Positions 31,044 through 41,070 are shown, counted from the stretch's first letter. The stretch: DNA of 64,000 nucleotides from an uncultured Verrucomicrobiae bacterium (GCA_963702845.1 OY969763.1:2688001-2752000); one strand, 5' to 3'. Translations and numbers: made by a program. The notes: generated by a model from the letters alone, not told the origin.

Positions 31044-31072
31044 AGCGTACGTTTTGCGAAACGATGCGTCAA
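31044..31072 (-). promoter_or_regulatory. Sigma70-like promoter of the sel operon
   Basis: TTGACG-17nt-TACGCT; the -10 box ends 12 nt upstream of the Rdx ATG. Confidence 0.6.
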
Positions 31073-31130
31073 GTTTACGACGAGAGGATCGCGACTGAAA
31101 GGCTTGCATCAGTTTGCGCGTTTTTGCCGG

Positions 31131-31200
31131 GATCGCCTTGCAAAGGTTTGATTAACCTTGCATAGGTTCGCGCTGGTTTGCTGAGGTTTGCCGAATCGTG
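31131..31200. repeat. 10-bp-periodic degenerate array
   Basis: gatcgccttg caaaggtttg attaaccttg cataggttcg cgctggtttg ctgaggtttg ccgaatcgtg. Confidence 0.55.
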
Positions 31201-31249
31201 CAGGAGCCCTGTCCAAAACAAGTTTCCAGACCGCAGACCGAGCCGAGCG

Positions 31250-31699
31250 TTAACCGTACTTGAAATCCGGTTTGCTCTGTCCGACCTCGATAATGTAGCC
31301 GTCAGGATCGCGAATGTAGCAGCGCCACTCGCCGTACTTGTCCAACGGTTCCGTGATGAAGTCGGCTCCTCGACTCTTCCACAGCTCATAGCACGCTTGA
31401 ATATCTGCAACCCGGAAATTCATGAAGCTGCTGATGTGATCCGGGTCGGGGACGCTGAGCGTTACCGTCGGCTTATCCGGCGTCGGGCCGCCCCCGACGT
31501 TCAAAATCATCCAGAAATTCGCGAGCTGAAGGTACCCAGGAGCGTTGCCATCGCCCAGGCTCAGAATGCGAGCGCCGAAAACCCTCGCGTAGTAGCGAGC
31601 CGATCGTTCGATGTCGGCCACGGTAAGAAAATGCGCGATGCTGATTCCGTCCCGCGGGGGCATCTCATAGCTCTGCCCTTCAACTTTTACGTTGCCCAT
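31250..31699 (-). CDS. VOC/glyoxalase family protein
   Basis: FLTVADIERSARYY..VFG, NFRVADIQA, YIRDPDGYIIEV. Confidence 0.9.
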   Translation of the reverse strand: MGNVKVEGQSYEMPPRDGISIAHFLTVADIERSARYYARVFGARILSLGDGNAPGYLQLANFWMILNVGGGPTPDKPTVTLSVPDPDHISSFMNFRVADIQACYELWKSRGADFITEPLDKYGEWRCYIRDPDGYIIEVGQSKPDFKYG

Positions 31700-31861
31700 T
31701 GTCGAAACTACCGCGCCAGCGTAAAAAACGCAAATTCCCGGACGCAACTCTGCGACGAAACTTTGTGCAAACAAACTGCGTCTCTTTTCCTGACGGGTTG
31801 GTTGCAATTGACATTTTCGCGAACTTAACCCGAAATCACAAAGCTCGAATCCAACTTAACA

Positions 31862-33232
31862 ATGACAAAGCTTATCACTATGGCAGCCGCGCTAGTCGCG
31901 GTTCTGGCTTCATCAGTTTTTGCCGCGCCGAAGCCGAATATTGTTATGATCGTCGCGGATGACCTGGGTTACGCTGACATCGGCGTGCAGGCGGTTTCCA
32001 AGGATGTGCGCACTCCGAACATTGACTCTATCGCGCATGATGGGGTGCGGTTCACGACTGGATATGTTTCTTGCCCGGTTTGTTCGCCGTCGCGCGCGGG
32101 ATTTCTCACCGGGCGCTACCAGGAACGGTTTGGGCACGAGGCTAATCCGCTGGCGAAATTCGACAAAGTCTTTGGGCTGCCGGTCGATCAAATCACGATC
32201 GCGGGTGAATTGAAGCGCAATGGATATGTCACCGGCGCGTTCGGCAAATGGCATCTCGGAGACGCTCCGAGGTTCCGTCCGCAGAAACGCGGGTTCGACG
32301 AATTTTTTGGGTTCATCGGGGGGATGCACAGCTATACCCACTCGGGCACGGGTATAGGCCAGATTCGCCGTGGCGATACGCCGATTGATGAAAAGGAATA
32401 TCTCACGGAGGCGATCACACGCGAGACGATGTCCTTTATCCAGCGGCACAAATCAGAACCATTTTTTGCATACGTGCCTTTCAACGCCGTTCACGTTCCA
32501 CAGGAAGCGCCACAGAAATATCAGGATCGCTTCGCCGATGTGAAGGATACGAAACGAAAGCTGATGCTGGCGATGCTTTCGGCTGAAGACGATGGGGTCG
32601 GCAAAATTCTGGCGACCTTGCGCGACAATCACCTCGACGAAAATACGTTGGTGATCTTCTTTAGCGACAATGGCGGCCCGACGCACGAGGACGGTTCGCG
32701 CAACACACCTTTCCGAGGCTTCAAGGGTCAGGTGTGGGAAGGTGGCATTCGCATTCCGTTCATGATGCGCTGGACAGACCACATCACACCGGCGCAGGTG
32801 TTCGACCAACCAGTCATTTCACTGGATATTTTCCCCACCGCTCTCGCCGCCGCCGATATTGCACCGAGCAAAAAATTGAAGCTCGACGGAGTGAATCTTC
32901 TCCCATGGCTCACCAGCAAAAAGTCGGGTTCCCCACACGATAATCTTTACTGGCGCTTCAAGCCGGCCTGGGCGGTGCGCGAAGGAAATTACAAACTCGT
33001 CTTTGCCCTAGGAGAGACGAAGACGCAGCTCTTTGATCTCGCCAACGATCCCAGTGAAAAAACGGATCTCTCCGCGCGGAAACCGGAAGTGGTTCAGGAG
33101 ATGCAAAAGAAGTTCGACATTTGGAACGCCCAACTCATGGAACCGCGTTGGCCCGGCCGGCAGGAAGGTGCTCACGAGGGCAAACCAATCGCGATGGGCA
33201 TTCCCGGCATTAGCGGCGTGAGTGATGATTAG
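31862..33232 (+). CDS. Secreted formylglycine-type sulfatase
   Basis: KPNIVMIVADDLG, CSPSR, GKWHLG, SDNG, EGGIRIP. Confidence 0.95.
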   Translation: MTKLITMAAALVAVLASSVFAAPKPNIVMIVADDLGYADIGVQAVSKDVRTPNIDSIAHDGVRFTTGYVSCPVCSPSRAGFLTGRYQERFGHEANPLAKFDKVFGLPVDQITIAGELKRNGYVTGAFGKWHLGDAPRFRPQKRGFDEFFGFIGGMHSYTHSGTGIGQIRRGDTPIDEKEYLTEAITRETMSFIQRHKSEPFFAYVPFNAVHVPQEAPQKYQDRFADVKDTKRKLMLAMLSAEDDGVGKILATLRDNHLDENTLVIFFSDNGGPTHEDGSRNTPFRGFKGQVWEGGIRIPFMMRWTDHITPAQVFDQPVISLDIFPTALAAADIAPSKKLKLDGVNLLPWLTSKKSGSPHDNLYWRFKPAWAVREGNYKLVFALGETKTQLFDLANDPSEKTDLSARKPEVVQEMQKKFDIWNAQLMEPRWPGRQEGAHEGKPIAMGIPGISGVSDD

Positions 33233-33249
33233 GGGCGAAGGCTGAAAAA

Positions 33250-33275
33250 GTGGGACGACGTGGAAGTCATCCTAC
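33250..33275. repeat. GTAG-type REP-like palindrome
   Basis: GTGGGACGAC-GTGGAA-GTCATCCTAC. Confidence 0.55.
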
Positions 33276-33279
33276 CACG

Positions 33280-33315
33280 AAAAGACGAAGCGCCGAATTT
33301 TTGTTCGGCGCTTCG
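33280..33315 (-). terminator. Intrinsic terminator hairpin between convergent genes
   Basis: CGAAGCGCCGAA-N6-TTCGGCGCTTCG with a U-rich tail on the minus strand. Confidence 0.75.
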
Positions 33316-33336
33316 CACTGATTAAAACGAACCGAA

Positions 33337-34725
33337 TTATAAGGCTCGTGTTACACCAGGAACTGCCACGGGATAAACGCCATCGGCATTTGGCATCACG
33401 GGAGGGGCATCATTCCACGTTGTAATCTCGGGCATCAACACCAACTTCGAATTGAAGGCATCGTCCCATTCGATCTGCTCGCCGGAATACGTCGCCATAC
33501 GGCCCATGATCGCGGTCATGGTGCTGTAAGCTGAGGCATCCACTTCGTTATATTTCTGGTCGTTTCGCACTGCAGCGATCAAATCGCGATGTTCCTGCAC
33601 ATAGGGCTCATTGCCGCCCTTAAAACGAAACGGTTTCGGACCTTTAATTTGAGACCTGTTAGAGCCGCCGAAATCCACCGAACCCTTGGTGCCGATCGCG
33701 TGTTCGGAAGTATTACCCCACAACTTGGGAATCTGGCTGCATTCGCTAGTCATGTGCGTGCCGTCCTCGTATTCGAACTCAACAAAGTGATGGTCGAAAA
33801 TCTGACCGTTCAATTTGGGATCATTGCGAACTTGCCGACCACCCAAGCCGTGCGCGCGAATCGGATGAGCGGGCTTTGTCGGGTCAAGAGTTTTGATCCA
33901 GTTGCCCACGTCAATATTGTGGCAATGCTGTTCGACGATATGGTCGCCCGAAAGATAGGTGAAGAAATACCAGTTGCGGATTTGATATGCCAACTCACTC
34001 TCGCCGGGAAGCTTCGGGATACCGCCGCGTGAACCGCCGCGCCAATAAACGCGGATCGCCAGGATTTCGCCAATGTCACCGCCATGCACTCGTTTCATCA
34101 TTTCGAGATAGGAATTCTCGTGATGACGTTGGAACCCGACACCGCACTTCAGATTCTTCTCTTTTGCAATCTGATTGGCAGCAAGAATGCGACGAACGCC
34201 GGGAGCGTCGGTCCCCATCGGCTTTTCCATGAAAACGTGTTTTCCCTGGCGAACGGCTTCTTCGAAATGCACCGGGCGAAAACCGGGAGGGCCCGCGATG
34301 ATGACGACATCAGCCTCCGCAATCGCTTTTTTGTAGGCGTCAAAACCAACGAACTGGCGAGCTGGAGGAACATCAATTTGCTTCGCCTGTGCCTTGTCTA
34401 CCTTCATCTTGATCGGCTTGGCTGCGGTTGGATCCTCGGCCGCTTCCTGCCCCATGAGCACTGCCAAACTTTCGTCGATCCGTTTCTGGAACACGTCAGC
34501 CATTGCGACCAATCTCGTTCCAGGCACTTTCAAAGCATTGTCAACCGCGCCTGAACCGCGATTACCGCAGCCGACGAGAGCCAGTTTGATCTCATCGCTG
34601 CCCGCAGCAAAGGCAGAGCGTTCGATGCTTAACCCGCCGAGCAACGAAAGGCCGGCGGCCGTGGTGGTGGTATTTTTAATAAAGCTGCGGCGGGAGAGCG
34701 CAGATTGTTCATTTGGCGTTGACAT
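33337..34725 (-). CDS. Tat-exported Gfo/Idh/MocA oxidoreductase
   Basis: SRRSFI Tat motif; LVGCGNRG; HVFMEKP; EQHCHNID. Confidence 0.92.
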   Translation of the reverse strand: MSTPNEQSALSRRSFIKNTTTTAAGLSLLGGLSIERSAFAAGSDEIKLALVGCGNRGSGAVDNALKVPGTRLVAMADVFQKRIDESLAVLMGQEAAEDPTAAKPIKMKVDKAQAKQIDVPPARQFVGFDAYKKAIAEADVVIIAGPPGFRPVHFEEAVRQGKHVFMEKPMGTDAPGVRRILAANQIAKEKNLKCGVGFQRHHENSYLEMMKRVHGGDIGEILAIRVYWRGGSRGGIPKLPGESELAYQIRNWYFFTYLSGDHIVEQHCHNIDVGNWIKTLDPTKPAHPIRAHGLGGRQVRNDPKLNGQIFDHHFVEFEYEDGTHMTSECSQIPKLWGNTSEHAIGTKGSVDFGGSNRSQIKGPKPFRFKGGNEPYVQEHRDLIAAVRNDQKYNEVDASAYSTMTAIMGRMATYSGEQIEWDDAFNSKLVLMPEITTWNDAPPVMPNADGVYPVAVPGVTRAL

Positions 34726-34755
34726 AAGTTAGGTAAAAACGCTTTGTTTATAGTG

Positions 34756-34789
34756 ACAGACGACATTAAGACGCATTAATGTCGTTTGT
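34756..34789. promoter_or_regulatory. 14-bp inverted repeat in the divergent promoter (candidate operator)
   Basis: ACAGACGACATTAA-N6-TTAATGTCGTTTGT (13/14). Confidence 0.55.
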
Positions 34790-34833
34790 GGTTTCGAATT
34801 ATTACGATTTCGTATAAACTCATTTTTTACAAC

Positions 34834-35481
34834 ATGAAAATATTTATTGATAGTGCAGATGTGGACAAAATTCGTGAAGCTTGGGGTTGGGGCATCATTG
34901 ATGGCGTGACCACTAACCCCAGTCACGTTGCCAAAACCGGTCGCAAACACATGGATGTGTACCGCGAGATCCTGGACATCGTAGACGGCCCGATCAGCCT
35001 CGAAACCATTTCGTTAAGCGCAAAAGAAATCGTGGACGAAGGTCGCGCTTTGGCGAAAATGCACAAGAATGTGGTGGTCAAAGTACCGATAATTCGCGAA
35101 GGCCTAATCGCCGTCAAACAACTCACGGCCGAAGGCATCAAGACGAATGTGACCGTCACATTCTCGCCTCTTCAGGCGTTGCTCGCGGCAAAATGTGGCG
35201 CGACTTACATCAGCCCATTCGTTGGACGCCTCGATGCCATTGGTCATAACGGCATGGATTGCATCAAACAGATCCGCGCGATTTACGATAATTACGATTT
35301 CGAAACACAAATCCTGACTGCCGCCGTGCGCCATCCGCTGCACGTCCTCGAAGCGGCGATGGCTGGTTCGGACTGTATCACCATGGCATTTGATGTTCTC
35401 GAACAGCTCTACAATCATCCGCTGACCGACATCGGCGTGGATATCTTCTTGAAGGATTGGGCGAAAGTGCCGAAGGCGTAA
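34834..35481 (+). CDS. tal: TalC/FSA-family transaldolase
   Basis: [14 protein letters not shown] (Schiff-base Lys), [17 protein letters not shown]. Confidence 0.9.
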   Translation: MKIFIDSADVDKIREAWGWGIIDGVTTNPSHVAKTGRKHMDVYREILDIVDGPISLETISLSAKEIVDEGRALAKMHKNVVVKVPIIREGLIAVKQLTAEGIKTNVTVTFSPLQALLAAKCGATYISPFVGRLDAIGHNGMDCIKQIRAIYDNYDFETQILTAAVRHPLHVLEAAMAGSDCITMAFDVLEQLYNHPLTDIGVDIFLKDWAKVPKA

Positions 35482-35543
35482 CAATCGCCAATGGTTTTAA
35501 ACCACCAAGATATTCCTGGTGTCTTGGTGGTTAAACTTCGCCT

Positions 35544-36584
35544 GTGAAACTTCGATTCGGCTTTATTGGTGTGGGAGCGATGGGGTTGAGCCACGTGAAT
35601 TCGTTCGCGCGGCTTTGTGGCGACAAAGTCGAAATCGCGGCGGTTTGCACCACCAATAAGACCACCGTCAAAAAAGTTCACGACGTCGCTCCGCACGCCA
35701 AGGTCTTCGAAAATGAAAGCGAGCTAATTGATTCGCGATTGGACGCGATTGTCGTTTCAACACCGAATTTTACACACGCGAAATTGGCGCAGGAAATTTT
35801 GGCCGCAGGCAAGCACCTGTTTTTGGAGAAGCCGATTGGAATCACTCCTGAGGAGTGCCAGCAAGTGATCGCGGCGAGTGAGAAGTCAGATCGCATTGTG
35901 ATGGTCGGTCATGAACTGCGTTACTCGCCGTTTTTCCAGAAGCTCAAAGATCTCGTCGATGCCGGTGAGGTCGGAAAACCGCACATGGTTTGGTGCCGCG
36001 AATTTCGTGGGCCGTTCCAGCCGAAGACCGGCAATTGGATTCAGGACGATCGCAAGTCGGGAGGAACGTTGGTGGACAAGAACTGCCACCACTTCGACCT
36101 TATGAACTGGTGGATTGGTTCAAGGCCAAAGAGCGTTTGCGCGTTCGGCGGCAACGCGGTTAACCGTGTCATGGACGGCCCGTACCAGGGGAACGATCAC
36201 GTCTCGATGAGTTTTGAATACGCCAATGGCGTGCGTGGCACGCATCACCTTTGCATGTTTGCATTGGACTTTCCGCGTGAAGATCTCGAAATGGGAATCA
36301 TTGGTGACGGCGGCTTGTTGCAAACGCGCATTTCCGATATTCAAATTCTCCAATGGAAGCGCGGGTTTCAGCAAAAGGAACCAATCGTTCACAACGTGAA
36401 GGCCAAGTTTGGCGAGGGTTGGGGCAGTCATCTTGGCTTCGACGAAATCCATCACGAGTTTGTGAATTGCATATTGGAGCAGCGTCCACCTTTGACCACC
36501 CCTCGCAATTGTATCGATGGCACATTGCTGGCGATTGCCGGCGAAGAATCTATTCGCAAGGGGCAGATTGTCGAAATAGCTTAG
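35544..36584 (+). CDS. Gfo/Idh/MocA oxidoreductase
   Basis: GFIGVGAMG, HLFLEKP, GGTLVDKNCHHFD. Confidence 0.92.
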   Translation: MKLRFGFIGVGAMGLSHVNSFARLCGDKVEIAAVCTTNKTTVKKVHDVAPHAKVFENESELIDSRLDAIVVSTPNFTHAKLAQEILAAGKHLFLEKPIGITPEECQQVIAASEKSDRIVMVGHELRYSPFFQKLKDLVDAGEVGKPHMVWCREFRGPFQPKTGNWIQDDRKSGGTLVDKNCHHFDLMNWWIGSRPKSVCAFGGNAVNRVMDGPYQGNDHVSMSFEYANGVRGTHHLCMFALDFPREDLEMGIIGDGGLLQTRISDIQILQWKRGFQQKEPIVHNVKAKFGEGWGSHLGFDEIHHEFVNCILEQRPPLTTPRNCIDGTLLAIAGEESIRKGQIVEIA

Positions 36585-36590
36585 AATTTT

Positions 36591-38012
36591 ATGAAAACTT
36601 ACCCTGTGTATTTAAATGGCGAGTTTGTCACGACTGGCAAAACTATGCCGGTGACGAATCCCGCCACGGACGAAGCGTTCGCGAGCGTTTCAGTCGTGGA
36701 ACGCGCGCAGGTCGCGCAAGCTGTGAAGGACGCACACACGGCGTTTGAGTCGTGGCGCAAACTCACGGCCAAGGCTCGTGGCGAGTTTTTGCATAAGATC
36801 GCCAACGAACTCGAGAAGCGCCGCGATGAAATTGCCGGCATCATCACAATGGAAAACGGCAAGCCGCTGGCGCAAAGCGTTGGGGAAGTCGGCATGACCG
36901 TCGATCATTTGCGCTGGTTCGCCGAAGAAGGCCGTCGGGCGTATGGCCGAATGATTCCGCACCAGACCGACGGCAAACGCAACATGGTGATCAAGACTCC
37001 CATCGGCGTCGTCGGCGCGATTGCTCCCTGGAATTTCCCGCTGGTTCTTTCGATTCGCAAAGTGGCCCCTGCCCTCGCGGCGGGTTGCACCGTAATTTTG
37101 AAACCGGCGAGCCACACGCCGATTTCCAGCGTGCTGTTCGCGGAAGCGTGTCAGGCGGTCGGGTTGCCCAAAGGTGTGTTTCAAATGGTCGTCGGTAAAG
37201 CGTCGGAAATCGCCGCGGAATTTTTGGAAAATCCGCTGGTTCGGAAAATTACTTTCACAGGGTCAACTGAAGTCGGCAAAAATCTGGTCATGGGTGCAGC
37301 CGCAAACCTCAAGCCGCTGTCACTCGAACTGGGCGGTTTAAATCCTGTGCTGGTATTTGATGATGCGGATGTGGAAAAAGCCGTCGAAGGCGCGATGCTC
37401 GCAAAGTTCCGCAACACCGGCCAATCCTGCATCGCTGCGAACCGAATTTTCGTTCAGTCCGGTATTTACGACAAATTCACGAAGCTGTTCGCCGAAAAAG
37501 CCAAAGGCCTCAAGACTGGCGATGGCTTCGAACAAGGCGTCGAGGTCGGCGCGATGATCGACGAAAACGCGGTGAAGAAGGCTGAAGAGCACGTGCAGGA
37601 CGCGGTGAAACACGGTGCGAGATTGCTATGCGGCGGCAAGCGTTTGGACCGAAAAGGATTTTTCTTCGAGCCAACTGTTCTCGTAGACGTTCCGCCCGGC
37701 AGCTTGTGCATGGGTGAAGAAACCTTCGCACCGGTCGCCGCGATTGCCCGGTTCGAAACCGAACAGCAAGGCATCGACCTCGCCAACGCGTCGCAATTCG
37801 GCCTGAGCGCCTATGTGTTTACCCGCGATTTAAGCCGCACTTTCAGATTGGCTGAGAACATCGAAGCTGGAATGATAGGCGTTAACGACGGACTTCCGAC
37901 CACGAGCAACGCGCCGTTTGGCGGAGTGAAACAAAGCGGCTGGGGACGGGAACTTGGCAGCGAAGGGCTTGACGCTTTTCTTGAAACCAAGCACATCTCA
38001 ATTGCCGTCTAG
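36591..38012 (+). CDS. NAD(P)-dependent aldehyde dehydrogenase, GabD/SSADH-like
   Basis: PWNFP, FTGSTEVG, LELGG, FRNTGQSC, EETFAP, PFGGVKQSG. Confidence 0.92.
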   Translation: MKTYPVYLNGEFVTTGKTMPVTNPATDEAFASVSVVERAQVAQAVKDAHTAFESWRKLTAKARGEFLHKIANELEKRRDEIAGIITMENGKPLAQSVGEVGMTVDHLRWFAEEGRRAYGRMIPHQTDGKRNMVIKTPIGVVGAIAPWNFPLVLSIRKVAPALAAGCTVILKPASHTPISSVLFAEACQAVGLPKGVFQMVVGKASEIAAEFLENPLVRKITFTGSTEVGKNLVMGAAANLKPLSLELGGLNPVLVFDDADVEKAVEGAMLAKFRNTGQSCIAANRIFVQSGIYDKFTKLFAEKAKGLKTGDGFEQGVEVGAMIDENAVKKAEEHVQDAVKHGARLLCGGKRLDRKGFFFEPTVLVDVPPGSLCMGEETFAPVAAIARFETEQQGIDLANASQFGLSAYVFTRDLSRTFRLAENIEAGMIGVNDGLPTTSNAPFGGVKQSGWGRELGSEGLDAFLETKHISIAV

Positions 38013-38064
38013 GATAGTGCCGCATGGCGTTAATTTTTTGAAACTGAATATTTGATCCGACAGT

Positions 38065-38832
38065 ATGGACAAACCAAAACCAGCTAATTTTCTCGCGAAC
38101 GATTCTGCGAAATTCACTTACGTTGAAAAATCCAGCCCGCAATCGTCAAACCTCAGTTTCCTCACCTACGGCGTTTACGAATTGAATGGCGCCATTGGCA
38201 GCGGCGCACTCGCCCATCCTGGCGAAGAGGCCCTGCTCTTTTGCTGGAAAGGCTCTGCCGAAGCACAAGTCGACGGCAAGACTTACAGCCTGGAACATTA
38301 CGACGTCCTCTACATTCCGCGCGGCGCAACGTATCGTCTTGTCGCAGACACAAGGCAGTCGAAAGTAATCGTTTGCCGCGCGACAGCGGACAAAACGCAC
38401 CCGGTTTATTACGCGAACTGGAAACAAGTTTCGAAAGACGAAAAGCGCATCCGCCATCTCAAAGGCAAGGACGTGTTCCTCATGTTCGATGTCAGTGAAG
38501 GCGCGGAAAAACTAATCGCCGGCTACACCATTTTCCAACCGCACCAACGCTCCTATCCGCCGCACAATCACACCGACCAGGAAGAAGTTTATATCTTCAC
38601 CGAAGGCCGCGGCTCGATGGAAGTTTACGCGGATGAAGAATCAAAAAGCTTCGTACGTTCCGTCAATGAAGGCGACGCAGTCACGATTCCCCTATTGAAT
38701 TACCATCCGGTATTCAGCCAGGAAGAGGAACTGCATTTCATCTGGTGCATCGCCGGAAATCGCTACTGGGTTGGCGACAAAAATAAAGATTTCATGACGG
38801 GCAAGCAAAGTGACGATAAGCTGACGACGTAA
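38065..38832 (+). CDS. Bicupin protein, IolB/KduI-like sugar-acid isomerase
   Basis: YDVLYIPRG; SYPPHNH..QEEVY; YHPV. Confidence 0.75.
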   Translation: MDKPKPANFLANDSAKFTYVEKSSPQSSNLSFLTYGVYELNGAIGSGALAHPGEEALLFCWKGSAEAQVDGKTYSLEHYDVLYIPRGATYRLVADTRQSKVIVCRATADKTHPVYYANWKQVSKDEKRIRHLKGKDVFLMFDVSEGAEKLIAGYTIFQPHQRSYPPHNHTDQEEVYIFTEGRGSMEVYADEESKSFVRSVNEGDAVTIPLLNYHPVFSQEEELHFIWCIAGNRYWVGDKNKDFMTGKQSDDKLTT

Positions 38833-38851
38833 CAGGATTGCCGCTGAGCGC

Positions 38852-40037
38852 TCATCTCGCAACATTACACGTTGCGAACATCTTTTCGATGATCATCGAT
38901 ATAGCTGTCGAAACTGAATTTTTCGTTCACCAGTTTCAGGCCGTTCTCGCCCATTTGGCGCGCCAATCAATTTGTCGCGGAGCAGTCGTTCGAGGCGTTC
39001 GGCGTAAGCGGTGCAATCCGAAGCGGGAACAAGATAGCCGTTCTGGCCATCAACCAACCAATCGGAAATACCGCCGACATCAAACGCTACCACCGGCAAC
39101 CCATATCGCATCGCTTCCATGCCAATCGTCGCAAAAGGCTCCGGCCAGATCGAGCTGATCGCCACCACGCTGCATTCCTTATAAAACTCCTGAAGCTGCT
39201 CTTGCGGCACGAACCCGAGAAATCGAACACGGTCTTGCAGGCCGAGCTTCACGCTTAATTTCTCGCAATATTCTTTGTGCGATCCTTCTCCGAGGATGAT
39301 GCATTCAAAAGGCATTGTGACCAACGCGAGCGCACGCAACAAAACGTCCACGCCTTTGCCGCGAATGATTTGCCCGGCGTAAAAAATCAGGTTTTTATCG
39401 CTGAAATTGCTGCGCACCGATGGATCGCCCGCGCGAGGAACCGGCGGATGGATTTCAATTTTTCTCACATCAAATCCATTTCGCAAGAGCTCATTGCGCA
39501 TATATCGCGAAACCACCACGAGCCGATTGAACTGATTGATTGAGCGCGATTTCCTTTTTCTTATCGAAATAGCTCACCCATTTCACCGGCAGCAACCCTC
39601 CCCGATTCCGCGCAACTGAAGCCGCCGCACGGAAAAACGCAATACGCCGAGGCCGCGCGCTTACAAACTTTGCGCGAAAAATAATTGTACTTATAACTGC
39701 GCATGCAATAAATGTCGTGATCGTGAATCATGCGCACCAAACGCGCGCGCGAACGCAGTAACGTTTCGATAACATCGAGGTCCGCCATCTTGTGCACATA
39801 AACAATGTCAGGGGTGAACTCCGCCAGCGCGCTTTCAACCGACTGGGTCGCATTCCCGTTCAACGCGAATTTATGCGCGAACGTATCGTTCCATCTGCTC
39901 TCCGCCTTGCCGGTGGGTCGTCCATGGATGATTCCGACGCAATGCCCGCGCCGTTTGAATTCGGTTGCAGTGAGATAAAGATTTGCTTCTGCGCCAGCCA
40001 TCGCGCCGAACCGCTCGTGAACGAACAACACTCTCAT
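38852..40037 (-). pseudogene. GT4 glycosyltransferase broken by ~4 small insertions (pseudogene or sequencing error)
   Basis: MRVLFVHE..GAE; KGVD, EPFATIGMEAM..GLPVVAFDVGG; frame breaks near 39622, 39538, 38968 and ~38890. Confidence 0.75.
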
Positions 40038-40178
40038 TGTTATCCAGCACCATACCCGTAATCGCAGTTGCGTCGTAACGGTGGAAGCCACGAACATTTC
40101 CTGCTAGTAATCCCGATTGGAAAACCAAGCCAGACCCGATTGCCGGTGCCGGTGTGCGTTTTATGCTGGGGCAGTAAT

Positions 40179-40470
40179 ATGAAACAAAACGGCGGATCGG
40201 ACCTCTCTCACGAACTGAAAGAACTGGCGGACCAGGCCGAAGCGCTTGTCGGCGCTCGGCGGTGATGACGTAAACGAGAAAGCAAAAGAAATTCGTGACC
40301 GACTCGCCGCTGCGCTGGAAGTGATTCAAGAAACGTTCGGGGTCGTCGAAGAACACGCCGGTGAAAGTTTGAAACAGGTTGATAAAAGCATCCGCCAAAA
40401 TCCGTACCAGGCACTTGCCATTGCGCTCGGTGTGGGTCTCGCGGTCGGTCTGCTCTTGAAACGCAAATAA
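40179..40470 (+). CDS. YqjD/ElaB (DUF883) tail-anchored protein, frame break near 40257
   Basis: MKQNGGSDLSHELKELADQAEALV joined to ...VDKSIRQNPYQALAIALGVGLAVGLLLKRK. Confidence 0.8.
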
Positions 40471-40482
40471 CGCTTATCGCTT

Positions 40483-40866
40483 ATGTTTGGCCTCGCCTCT
40501 ACTGGATTTGGTTTTCTGTCATCCATTCGCCGGACGTTCGACAACGCCGTTGGCGCGGTTCACAGCCGCATCGAACTTGCCGTCGTCGAGCTCCAGGAAG
40601 AGCGCGATCGCGCCGTCAACGTCCTCGTCTGGAGCGGCGTGATGCTATTTCTAGTATTCATGGCCGTCGTGGCGTTCACGTTTTGTGTCATTCTGGCACT
40701 ATGGCAATACGCGCTTTGGGTTGGATTGGGATTTGGCATCTTATACCTCGTCGGGGCGACCGTGGCTGCAGTCGTCATCCGCAAGCGTCTCAAGGCTCCG
40801 CTTTTCTCCGAAACGATGGACCAGTTACGCAAAGACCGCGAGTGGCTTTCGCCTCCGCGCGACTAA
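40483..40866 (+). CDS. YqjE-like (phage holin family) membrane protein
   Basis: RIELAVVELQEE, 2 TMs, FSETMDQLRKDREWL; follows yqjD. Confidence 0.85.
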   Translation: MFGLASTGFGFLSSIRRTFDNAVGAVHSRIELAVVELQEERDRAVNVLVWSGVMLFLVFMAVVAFTFCVILALWQYALWVGLGFGILYLVGATVAAVVIRKRLKAPLFSETMDQLRKDREWLSPPRD

Positions 40867-41070
40867 GCGCCGCACGTTTGTAGACAGCAGTTTACATTGC
40901 GGCTCATATAGCAGCACCTCAGATTGGCCTCCGGAAAAAGGCGACCAATTGTGCCTTAAACGTTCTCCGAACGTCAACCTCTTTTGACGTGAGTTAAGGT
41001 ATTGTTGGAAAGTAACTTCAGCGAGAAAAAGCGGCATTTCGATTGCTATTAATGCAATTGAGAATTTCGT

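Noticed and set aside
30714..31151. 145-aa + strand ORF and the 30512-30919 minus-strand ORF
   Set aside because: Shadow frames over the Rdx gene, REP and tRNA-Sec
34834..35481. Firm call as sulfofructose transaldolase
   Set aside because: No sulfoquinovosidase in the cluster and sulfonate-binding residues cannot be verified by eye; kept only as a hypothesis
40483..40866. 'Phage holin' as evidence of a prophage
   Set aside because: YqjE-type chromosomal gene next to yqjD, with no phage genes nearby
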